DNA of 32,000 nt from Mycolicibacterium smegmatis (GCF_001457595.1 NZ_LN831039.1:6390001-6422000), one strand, 5' to 3'; shown: positions 8,354-16,454, counted from the stretch's first letter. Notes: a model not told the origin generated them from the sequence alone. Translations and numbers: made by a program.

Positions 8354-10100
8354 GACCGTCGACCGGCGGATCGGCTGGGACAAGCTGCCCGCGTGGCTCG
8401 GGATCAGTGTGCTGGTGGGGATCCGCGACGCGCTGCGCGAGCACAACCTCTTCGATTCCTACGAGGGCGACCCGCCGCGGCCTCAGACGCAGTACTCCCC
8501 GGCCGAGTACCTCACCAACCGCACGCCCGACGGCTCCTACAACGACCTGTCCGATCCGTCGATGGGCATGGCGAACACGCGCTTCGGCCGCAACGTCGCG
8601 CCGTCGAAGGGCCGCCCCGAGCAGATGCCGCACCTGATGGACCCCAACCCCCGGCTCATCAGCACCGAACTGCTGCTGCGCGACGAATTCCGCCCGGCCA
8701 CCACACTCAACGTGCTGGCCGCGGCGTGGCTGCAGTTCGAAACCCACGACTGGTTCAGCCACGGCACCGACGCCAATCGGATCCACAAGATCCCGGTGCC
8801 CGAGGGCGACCACGAGTGGAACGGCGCGACCATCGACGTACCCGCCACGCCTGCCGACCCGGATTCCGCGCCGGGCCACACGACGTTCATCAACCGCGAG
8901 ACCCACTGGTGGGATGCGTCACAGATCTACGGCAACAGCCCGCAGGCCCAGAAGCTGATCCGTACCGACTCGGACGACGGGAAGGTGCTCATCGACGGCG
9001 ACGGGTTCATCGGCGTCGCACCCGAGGTCATCAAGGCCTCCGGCGCGGCGGACGGCTGGTGGGTGGGCTCCGAGCTCATGGGCACGATCTTCATGCGCGA
9101 GCACAACGCGATCTGCGACCGGTTGCGTGCGGCGTACCCCGAGTGGACCGGTGAGCAGATCTTCAACAAGGCCCGCCTGATCAACGCGGCCCTGATCGCC
9201 AAGATCCACACCGTCGAATGGACCCCCGCGATCCTCGCCCATCCGACGCTGCACATCGGTATGCGCGCCAACTGGTTCGGCCTGGCCGGTGAAGCCGTCG
9301 GGAAACTGGTCGGACGGATCGGCACGAGCGATCTGATCAGCGGTATCCCGGGTTCGGACACCGAACACCACTCGGCCGCCTATTCGATCACCGAGGACTT
9401 CGTCACGGTGTACCGCATGCACCCGCTGATCCCCGACGACTACACCTTTTTGTCCCTGGCGGGAGATACTGCGCCACAAGAACTCTCGTTCACCGACCTG
9501 CACGGTGTGGCCAATGCCCGCGGTGTGCTCAAACGCCTGGGCATCGTGGACTGCCTGTACTCGCTCGGCGTCGCACATCCCGGCGCGGTCACGTTGCACA
9601 ACAGCCCGAAGTTCATGCGGCAGTTCCAGTCCGAGACGCACCTGATCGACCTGATCGCCGTCGACATCCTGCGCTCACGCGAGCGAGGTGTGCCGCGCTA
9701 CAACGAGTTCCGTCGTCAACTGCGCCTGAAGCCCGCGACGTCGTTCGAGGAGATCAGCGGCGGTGACCAGGCGACCGCGGACCGGATGCGCGAGATCTAC
9801 GGCGGCGACATCGAGAAGGTCGACACCATGGTCGGCATGTTCGGCGAGAAACTGCCGGCGGGCTTCGGGTTCAGCGACACCGCGTTCCGCATCTTCGTGC
9901 TGATGGCGACGCGCCGGCTCAAGAGCGACCGGTTCTACACCGTGGACTTCACACCGCAGGTCTACACACCCGAGGGCATGGCGTGGATCGCCGACAACAC
10001 CATGACGTCGGTGCTGCTGCGCCACTACCCCACGCTCGAACCGGTCCTGCGGAATGTGAAGAACCCGTTCGCGCCGTGGCCGCGGATGAGTCATGGATGA
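8313..10100 (+). CDS. Haem peroxidase / fatty-acid dioxygenase-like protein (animal haem peroxidase superfamily)
   Basis: ATG at 8313 with AAGGAGG at 8301-8307. Motifs 'WLQFETHDWF' (distal His region) and 'KIHTVEWTPAIL' (proximal His region) are typical of the peroxidase-cyclooxygenase superfamily. Confidence 0.75.
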   Translation: MRALLMRSFIKLSETVDRRIGWDKLPAWLGISVLVGIRDALREHNLFDSYEGDPPRPQTQYSPAEYLTNRTPDGSYNDLSDPSMGMANTRFGRNVAPSKGRPEQMPHLMDPNPRLISTELLLRDEFRPATTLNVLAAAWLQFETHDWFSHGTDANRIHKIPVPEGDHEWNGATIDVPATPADPDSAPGHTTFINRETHWWDASQIYGNSPQAQKLIRTDSDDGKVLIDGDGFIGVAPEVIKASGAADGWWVGSELMGTIFMREHNAICDRLRAAYPEWTGEQIFNKARLINAALIAKIHTVEWTPAILAHPTLHIGMRANWFGLAGEAVGKLVGRIGTSDLISGIPGSDTEHHSAAYSITEDFVTVYRMHPLIPDDYTFLSLAGDTAPQELSFTDLHGVANARGVLKRLGIVDCLYSLGVAHPGAVTLHNSPKFMRQFQSETHLIDLIAVDILRSRERGVPRYNEFRRQLRLKPATSFEEISGGDQATADRMREIYGGDIEKVDTMVGMFGEKLPAGFGFSDTAFRIFVLMATRRLKSDRFYTVDFTPQVYTPEGMAWIADNTMTSVLLRHYPTLEPVLRNVKNPFAPWPRMSHG

Positions 10101-10632
10101 CAAGCTCCACGGGATACCCCGCGTCGACCTGGAAACGCGGCCTCGCTGGAAACGCGACCTGGCCTGGTGGTTCGGCGGCAAGGTGCTGGCCACCGCGCGG
10201 GCGTCGGCGATCTGGCGCAAAATCGCGATGCCGTACGAGGTTCCGCTGATCAAGGCCACCGGTGGTCGGGCCCGCCTCAGCGTGGGAATCCCGATCGCCG
10301 TGCTGACCTCGACCGGTGCGCGCAGCGGCAAGACGCGCCAGACCGCGCTGGCGTACTTCACCGACGGTGACGATGTGGTGCTGATCGCGTCCAACTACGG
10401 TCAGGCCCGCCACCCCGGCTGGTATCACAACCTGCGGGCACACCCGGAGTGTGAACTGTATGTCGGGCGACGCGGTGGGCGGTTCGTCGCCCGCGAGGTC
10501 GATGGCCCTCAACGGGACCGGCTGTACGCGCTTGCCGCCAGCCGGCTGTATCCAGGCTGGGTTGCGTACGAGAAGCGGGCCGAGGGCGTGCGCCGCATCC
10601 CGGTCCTTCGGTTGACGCCCGCCGACCCATGA
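10093..10632 (+). CDS. Nitroreductase-family deazaflavin (F420)-dependent oxidoreductase, Ddn-like
   Basis: 'LTSTGARSGKTRQTALAYF..DGDDVVLIASNYGQARHPGWYHNLRAHP' matches the Ddn/FDOR-A family signature. The start overlaps the peroxidase stop (ATGGATGA). Confidence 0.75.
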   Translation: MDDKLHGIPRVDLETRPRWKRDLAWWFGGKVLATARASAIWRKIAMPYEVPLIKATGGRARLSVGIPIAVLTSTGARSGKTRQTALAYFTDGDDVVLIASNYGQARHPGWYHNLRAHPECELYVGRRGGRFVAREVDGPQRDRLYALAASRLYPGWVAYEKRAEGVRRIPVLRLTPADP

Positions 10633-10635
10633 AAA

Positions 10636-10660
10636 AACTCCCCACGTCAGGTGGGGAGTT
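10636..10660. terminator. Hairpin terminator (10-bp stem AACTCCCCAC / GTGGGGAGTT, 5-nt loop) flanked by an A-run on plus strand = T-run on minus strand
   Basis: Read directly. It lies 3 nt after the Ddn-like stop and 4 nt from the tRNA 3' fragment at attL. It would also terminate the minus-strand tRNA transcript in an uninterrupted locus. Confidence 0.6.
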
Positions 10661-10664
10661 CTTA

Positions 10665-10691
10665 TGGCGGTGGCGGAGGGATTTGAACCCT
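10665..10691. repeat. attL core: 27-bp copy of the tRNA-Ser 3' end (TGGCGGTGGCGGAGGGATTTGAACCCT)
   Basis: Identical to 21302-21328. The flanking bases differ on both sides. Confidence 0.85.
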
Positions 10692-10771
10692 ATTCAGCTA
10701 CCAGGTCAGAGGATCAAAAGCGTCTCTACCTGCATGCCGTCATAACTGGGGATCACCACGGTTACCTGTAA

Positions 10772-10802
10772 CCGTGGGCAAATTGTGGGCAGATTGTGGG
10801 CA
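10772..10802 (+). promoter_or_regulatory. Three 11-bp-phased direct repeats YYGTGGGCA (candidate arm-type integrase binding sites, attL arm)
   Basis: CCGTGGGCA (10772), TTGTGGGCA (10783) and TTGTGGGCA (10794). The same motif with the same phasing occurs at 21213-21243. Confidence 0.45.
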
Positions 10803-10829
10803 CGCGGCGTGTCGTCGACCGCTTGCCGC

Positions 10830-11258
10830 TCATACCCGTTCAGGCGCGCCCGGCTCGTACCGCATGACCACGGCGCGGTCGCGGCGCAGCGATAGCCACC
10901 ACGGGCCGTCGATTGCGGCCTGACGTTCGACGGCCTCCCATCGAGCAGTCAGCCTAACGAGCTGTTCCCAGGCTGGCCTTGTGCCGATGTCGCCGTGCAA
11001 GTGCACGGTTTTGAGCTTGTGTGTGATCGCAAGACTTGCCTCAGTCGGGCGGGTGCGGAGTCGCTTGTCATTGGTGACCACGATCCAACCCCGGTCACCG
11101 ACGACAGGTATCCAATGGGGATCCAAAATCCCGGCGTATAGAAGTTCATCCACTGGCGGGCGACTGAACCGCGCCGTGTCACGCCGCACCGCCACAAGCC
11201 CGTTACCTAGGCGCAGCAGGTTCTCGTCAACGACGTAGGTCACCTGGTCCAGGTCCAT
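10830..11258 (-). CDS. PIN-like / DUF5615-type putative toxin nuclease
   Basis: 142 aa. N-terminal acidic motif 'VVDENL' and 'WIVVTNDKRL', as in PIN-like Mut7-C/DUF5615 proteins. It starts 13 nt downstream of a DUF433-type gene. Confidence 0.5.
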   Translation of the reverse strand: MDLDQVTYVVDENLLRLGNGLVAVRRDTARFSRPPVDELLYAGILDPHWIPVVGDRGWIVVTNDKRLRTRPTEASLAITHKLKTVHLHGDIGTRPAWEQLVRLTARWEAVERQAAIDGPWWLSLRRDRAVVMRYEPGAPERV

Positions 11259-11271
11259 GCCCGTCGCCTGA

Positions 11272-11976
11272 CTACGCAGCCAGCTTGTACTTCTTGACGT
11301 AGTCGATGGCTGCCTGAACCTGCTCCATGCTCAGCCCGTAGTCGGCGGCGAGGTCTTCGTGGCGTTCCCCCGCGTTGGCCATCCCCGCGATTGTGGCCAC
11401 CGATACACGCCTTCCGATAAAGGTCGGCTGCCCGCTGTAGCGGTCGGGGCTGATCACGATCTCGGGGAAGTCACGATCAGGCCGTAGCTCGCTCACGACC
11501 TTCTCGCCCCGTTCGTCCTGCGCCAAGGAAGCGTGCAATATCAGCTCCCTGCCTGAGCCAAATAACAGCTGCTGGCCGGTGCGGACCACCATCTCATCCT
11601 CAGACAGACCGACCTCTTCGCCGCTGATCGTCAGGTCACGGGCATGGACGGCCAGATAGGGACGCAGGTGCGCTAGCGGATAGTCAAGGCCGTAAATACG
11701 GCGCAGCCCGTCGATAGCGGCGCGCAGCCGCGCAGTCGGGATGTTCAGGTTGCGGTACTCGGCGAGAATTCGCGTCTCCACGAACTCGCCCCACGTCGCC
11801 CATTCCGTGTCACGCGGCGCGACACGCAGAATCGGCGGGTAAGCGGTGCCGCTGCGCTGATAGCCGTTGATCCAGCGGCGGGCCGTGCCTGCCGAGAGGC
11901 CGATCAGCCTGTCTACCTCCGCATACAGGTAGACCTCGCGGTCGAGCATCGAGGTAACCGACATGCGCGCAAGCAT
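11272..11976 (-). CDS. HTH (MerR-like) + DUF433-domain protein, putative antitoxin/regulator
   Basis: N-terminal '[24 protein letters not shown]' (HTH). C-terminal '[46 protein letters not shown]' resembles DUF433. The start is uncertain (ATGs at 11976, 11964 and 11949). Confidence 0.55.
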   Translation of the reverse strand: MLARMSVTSMLDREVYLYAEVDRLIGLSAGTARRWINGYQRSGTAYPPILRVAPRDTEWATWGEFVETRILAEYRNLNIPTARLRAAIDGLRRIYGLDYPLAHLRPYLAVHARDLTISGEEVGLSEDEMVVRTGQQLLFGSGRELILHASLAQDERGEKVVSELRPDRDFPEIVISPDRYSGQPTFIGRRVSVATIAGMANAGERHEDLAADYGLSMEQVQAAIDYVKKYKLAA

Positions 11977-12225
11977 GACACAGAGGTATCAGCCGAGACC
12001 GACAAAGATAGACAGAGGCGGACAACCCGCGTGTCAATGAAGCACAGTCACACCCACGTCGCGCCGTATGGGCCTGTGCTTGTCGGCTCCGCGACAAGCG
12101 CGCCGGTTGGGTCGCATGACCACCTCGTTGCACTTGCGAAAGCTGATGGAAACGACTGGCCAGAGAACGCTCTCGGAGGGCGGAGCGCCGTCGGGTAGCG
12201 GGCACGCAGTGCCTCGTCCCAGCGG

Positions 12226-15200
12226 CTACTCCCAGGCCCAATGGGGTACAGCCTCCAACCGCTTCTGTCGATCCCGACTCAGCTTCCCCTGGGCAAAAAA
12301 TCGCCGCTGGACATGAACCCATTGTCCGAGCTTCACGCCATTGACGACTTCCGAGCGGGGAATTCGGTCGGTCTTGTGCTGCTTCACATAGTTGACAAAC
12401 AACGCAAGATTGCCATCCCACACAGCAGCCTTGCTGTCCCATGCCCAGCCAGGCAACGCCTCCAGGCGCTCGCGTCGTTCCGGTGCAATTACGTCAGAGA
12501 CTGCGTCGTGTCGCTGGACACTGACCCATTGTCCGAGTCGTACTCCTTGTTCGACATGCCTCTGCGGCACACGCGCGTGTCCCTCCCGCGCAGTGAACTT
12601 CTCCAGCATCACGAACCTCTCCTCCCAGACATCGTGGGACAGGGTGGTCCAGGTCCACCCCGGCAGCTCCTCAAGCCTGCGCTGACGCGCGGGATCGAGC
12701 CGACCTTTGGCGTAGGTCCCCTTCTGGGTCGCAATCCAAAAACCGAGTCGGACGCCGTCGACGGTGTAACTCTGCGGGACCCGCGAGGTGCCATGTTCGG
12801 CGGTGTACTCCCGAAGGAGCATGAATGCTCGCTCCCATTTTTCGGCGTGCGGGTCCCAGGACCAGCCCGGCAGAGCCTCTAAGCGTCGCGCACGCTCTTC
12901 GCTAAGCGTCCCGGCCCGGTAGAAGTCCCGTTGCTTAGGCACCCATGAACCCAGCGGGTATCCGTCATGGTGATGCCTCGCGGGTACTTGAGCGGTGCCA
13001 TGATGCTCCGTGTAGTCGACAAGTTGGCGGAAACCCTCCTCCCACTTCGAATCGTTCACTGCCCACACCCAACCGGGGAGCGCCTCAAGCCGAGCTGCGT
13101 AGTCGGCGCGCAATTTGCCCTTGTTTTTCAGGGTGCGTTGCTGATTGACCCAGCCACCGATTCGAAAGCCGTCGGAATCCGAGGACTTTGTCGGTGCGCA
13201 GCTCCCATGTGCAGCTGCGTATTCCGCAAGCTTTTGGTAGTTGCCCTCCCACAAGGCATCGTGTATGCCCCATACCCAGCCAGGCAGTGCCTCCAAGCGG
13301 GCGGTCCGGTCCGGTCCTAACCGCCCCCTGGAAAACGACGAGCGCTGCGAGTAGGCCCACTTCCCGAGCTGGTATCCGTCCGCAGGGTCGACATATGTCC
13401 GCACCAATCGTGCCGTGCCGTGCGCCTCGGTGTACGCCTGAAGGCGTCGAAACCCTTCTTCCCAACGTGATTCGCGCGCTTCCCAAGCCCAGCCTGGTAG
13501 TGCCTCCAACCGTGCCTGACGTTCCTTGCTCATCTGGCCGTCGCGGTAGACCGTACGCTGGATGGTGGCCCATTGGCCTAGTTTGTAGCCCTCGGCGGAC
13601 TTGAACTTCTGCGCCACCATGGCGTCACCATGGCGCTGGACGTACTCCTGAAGGTGGCGGAAACCTTGCTCCCACTGGTCTGTGAGAGCGTCCCAAGTCC
13701 AGTCGGGGAATTCCTCAAGAAGGCGAGCACGAGCGGGATCAAGGTCGCCCCTATTGCGGTGGTATCGCTGTTGCGCCACCCACTGCCCAAGTCGGAGTCC
13801 GTCATATTTTTCCAATGCGGCTAATCGCGTATGGCCGTGCTCGGCGACGTACTTTTTCAGTTGCTCATACCAGAAGGGCCACTTGTCATCCCGCGTGCTC
13901 CACGTCCAACCGGGCAGTGCCTCTAACCGCTGTATCCGCTCTGCGGGGAGGCCCCCCTTCTTATATGCGGAACGTTGGGTAGTGACCCATGCGCCGACCT
14001 GAAATCCGTTGACCGTGGCGTCTTTTGAAATGAGAGCAGTACCGCTCTGCGCTACGTAATCTTGAAGCCTGGCGAAGCCTTCCTCCCACAGGTCGTCACG
14101 CGGATTCCACGTCCAACCAGACAGCTCCTCAAGTCGCAGTTGGCGTTCTTGCGATAGTTTCCCACTGTTGCGGTGTGATCTCTGCTTCGTCACCCAGGCC
14201 GCGAGCCTATTGTCGCCATCCAACGACGTGTACGAGGGACGGGCATGACCATGCTCAGCAACATGCTTTGTCAACAGCCCGAACCAGAACTCCCACGGTG
14301 CGGTGGTCGCATCCACCATATGGACCTTGAATGCGTTGACAAATTCTGTGCCCACAGTGGCTGGCACATCGAAGTGAATCTTGCTCGGAAGCCGAGGTTT
14401 GCTTCCCTTGCGTCCCATTTCCCGTCGCAGGGCGTCAAGATGCTCACCGAGTTCGGTGTCATGCGCTCTGAGAGCTTTGATGACATCCCAAACCGGTTTG
14501 AAGGCCGAGGAGTCCAGTGCGGCATCAGCATCTTCGTCGGGGTCGATAAACACAGGGATGACAACGGTGCCAATTGTTTTGGTCTCGGACTTTCGAATCG
14601 CGCGACCTACAGCCTGCACGATGTCCACCTCGGAGCGCCGCGGGTCGATGAAGGCCACGCCGTCGAGACTGGGCACATCAACGCCCTCGGCCAAACAGCG
14701 GGCATTGGCAAGCAGGCCGCGCTCACCGTCACCGAGTCTCTTCAGATGCTGGAGCAGGACATGGCGTTCGCCCGCCGACATCTCCCCCGAGGCGTGCTGG
14801 GACCACAAGCTACCTCTAGGGCGTTGCCGGGCAGGCATCCACTCCAGCACGCCGGGCATCGACTCAGCGAACTTTCTGGCCGCCCTGACGCGGCTGTGGA
14901 AGCTGATCAACCGACGCAGATCGTACTTGCGCATCGCCTTGGCCAAGCCGATTTGCCCCGCCAGTGAACGAGCATCCGTAGGCGTCTCGTCACTCAGCCT
15001 GACAGGTAGACCGCGTTTAGCCCAATCGCGGTAGGTCGCGTCATCGACACCGATGATTGCCACCTGATAATCAGTGAGTAGCTTGCGTTCGATGGCCTCC
15101 GCAAAGCTCAGCCGATGAAACACGTTCCCGAATTTGATCTGGTCGTCCATCGACGCGACCTCGTAGTCCGCCTCTTGAGCCTGGCGAAGTATGCGCCCGG

Positions 15201-16239
15201 TGAAGTAGCGCGGCGTCGCCGTCATGAATAGCCGCCGCTTCGCCCTGATCGCCTTGGGGTTGAGCACGGTGCCGAAGTCGGAGGACACCGGCCCAGCGAC
15301 TCGGTGTGCCTCGTCGGCGATCACTAGATCGAACTGGGGCACCCGGCCCAACTTGAAAGCGGCGGCGATCTGGGGTGAGGACTGGTAGGTGGCGAAGACG
15401 ACGCGTGGCCCCGACCGCTTCCGCAGAAACGCCGCGATAACTTCCGGGTCAGTGTCCGCTGGCTCTCCGAGATAGCTGGTGTGGGAAATCGCTGCGTCCT
15501 CGTCAAGCGCGACGGTCTCATCACTGCACACCGGCAGCGCATCGAAAGGACGTTTGATGTTGGCGGTTCGCCACTCCTTCATCGTCTGCTTCAGCAGCGA
15601 TAGTGATGGCACCAAGACGAGGGTGCGTGTGGCGGCCAATTCCTCTTTGATGAACCACGCCGTCAGGGTCTTGCCGGTGCCGCACGCCATGATCAGCTGC
15701 CCACGATCAGCGGTCTTGAACCCCTCGATCACGTCCCTGATCGCGTCCTGTTGGTAATCGTGTGGCTCGCGCGGCTCGGGCACTCTGGCTGGACGCAGGT
15801 CTGTCAGCTTGGCTGGCCACTCGGTGAAGTCCTCTAGTTCTGTCAGACCGATGAAGGTGACCCCGAGGTCCTCCATCGTGCGCTGTGCGGTTGGAGACAA
15901 CTTGTCGGTCGTCGCCATCAGCATTCGGTAAGCGAAGTCGAACCGGCCCGCTTCCGCGAGGAACTTGTTCACCTCGGTTCTGGTCACCGTGTTCTCGTAT
16001 GCTTTGGCCTGAATAGCCCACAGCCGGCCTTCGGTGTCTTCCGCAACGAGGTCGATGCCAGCATCGATACCCCAGTTACCTGGCCAGTCCTTCCACAACC
16101 ACACCCGACGCAGCAACTGCTTGTATTGGCCTGTGTCGTTTTCGAGGAACCATTTGCAGACGATCTCGAACTGATCGCCCTTCCTCTTCCGGTTGACCGG
16201 GTCGAACTGTGCCTTGAGATCGCTGAACGTCCCCCCCAT
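12226..16239 (-). CDS. Mrr-like PD-(D/E)xK nuclease + SF2 (ResIII/DEAH) helicase + 10 tandem helicase-associated (HA) domains
   Basis: ATG at 16239; the ORF-track 5' extension is Arg/Pro-rich and was rejected. Nuclease motif 'GIDLVAEDTEGRLWAIQAKAY'. Helicase motifs are I 'ACGTGKT', II 'VIADEAHRV', III 'MTATPR' and VI 'QAVGRAIR'. These are followed by 10 repeats of ~69 aa ending in 'RLEALPGWxW'. Confidence 0.85.
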   Translation of the reverse strand: MGGTFSDLKAQFDPVNRKRKGDQFEIVCKWFLENDTGQYKQLLRRVWLWKDWPGNWGIDAGIDLVAEDTEGRLWAIQAKAYENTVTRTEVNKFLAEAGRFDFAYRMLMATTDKLSPTAQRTMEDLGVTFIGLTELEDFTEWPAKLTDLRPARVPEPREPHDYQQDAIRDVIEGFKTADRGQLIMACGTGKTLTAWFIKEELAATRTLVLVPSLSLLKQTMKEWRTANIKRPFDALPVCSDETVALDEDAAISHTSYLGEPADTDPEVIAAFLRKRSGPRVVFATYQSSPQIAAAFKLGRVPQFDLVIADEAHRVAGPVSSDFGTVLNPKAIRAKRRLFMTATPRYFTGRILRQAQEADYEVASMDDQIKFGNVFHRLSFAEAIERKLLTDYQVAIIGVDDATYRDWAKRGLPVRLSDETPTDARSLAGQIGLAKAMRKYDLRRLISFHSRVRAARKFAESMPGVLEWMPARQRPRGSLWSQHASGEMSAGERHVLLQHLKRLGDGERGLLANARCLAEGVDVPSLDGVAFIDPRRSEVDIVQAVGRAIRKSETKTIGTVVIPVFIDPDEDADAALDSSAFKPVWDVIKALRAHDTELGEHLDALRREMGRKGSKPRLPSKIHFDVPATVGTEFVNAFKVHMVDATTAPWEFWFGLLTKHVAEHGHARPSYTSLDGDNRLAAWVTKQRSHRNSGKLSQERQLRLEELSGWTWNPRDDLWEEGFARLQDYVAQSGTALISKDATVNGFQVGAWVTTQRSAYKKGGLPAERIQRLEALPGWTWSTRDDKWPFWYEQLKKYVAEHGHTRLAALEKYDGLRLGQWVAQQRYHRNRGDLDPARARLLEEFPDWTWDALTDQWEQGFRHLQEYVQRHGDAMVAQKFKSAEGYKLGQWATIQRTVYRDGQMSKERQARLEALPGWAWEARESRWEEGFRRLQAYTEAHGTARLVRTYVDPADGYQLGKWAYSQRSSFSRGRLGPDRTARLEALPGWVWGIHDALWEGNYQKLAEYAAAHGSCAPTKSSDSDGFRIGGWVNQQRTLKNKGKLRADYAARLEALPGWVWAVNDSKWEEGFRQLVDYTEHHGTAQVPARHHHDGYPLGSWVPKQRDFYRAGTLSEERARRLEALPGWSWDPHAEKWERAFMLLREYTAEHGTSRVPQSYTVDGVRLGFWIATQKGTYAKGRLDPARQRRLEELPGWTWTTLSHDVWEERFVMLEKFTAREGHARVPQRHVEQGVRLGQWVSVQRHDAVSDVIAPERRERLEALPGWAWDSKAAVWDGNLALFVNYVKQHKTDRIPRSEVVNGVKLGQWVHVQRRFFAQGKLSRDRQKRLEAVPHWAWE
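12229..14295 (-). repeat. Coding tandem array: 10 HA-domain repeats (65-71 aa each, 689 aa total)
   Basis: I counted the repeats in the translated ORF. The consensus is W-E-x-x-F-x-x-L-x-x-Y-x-x-x-H-G ... G-x-x-L-G-x-W-V-x-x-Q-R ... R-x-x-R-L-E-A-L-P-G-W-x-W. Confidence 0.8.
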
Positions 16240-16454
16240 GGGGACGAGATTAGACGCGAAAACCGCAGACTTGTCCGAAAGGGAAGCCAGCGCGCAGCGC
16301 GCCCGCGACTCGATGGCGGGGGGAGGAGGTCTCCCCCGGGGCAAATGTCGGCTACAGGCACCGCTGCCCGCCGTTGGCGGGTGACCACGACGGGCAGCGG
16401 CACCACTGTCCCGGAGGGTTGGAGTAGCCGGTTGGCGACACCTCCGGGCAGGTC

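Noticed and set aside
12241-12882. Plus-strand ORFs inside the helicase gene (12241-12882, 14245-14967, 14381-15034 and others)
   Set aside because: They are antisense to a CDS with full helicase motifs and a repeat architecture, and they have no motifs of their own.
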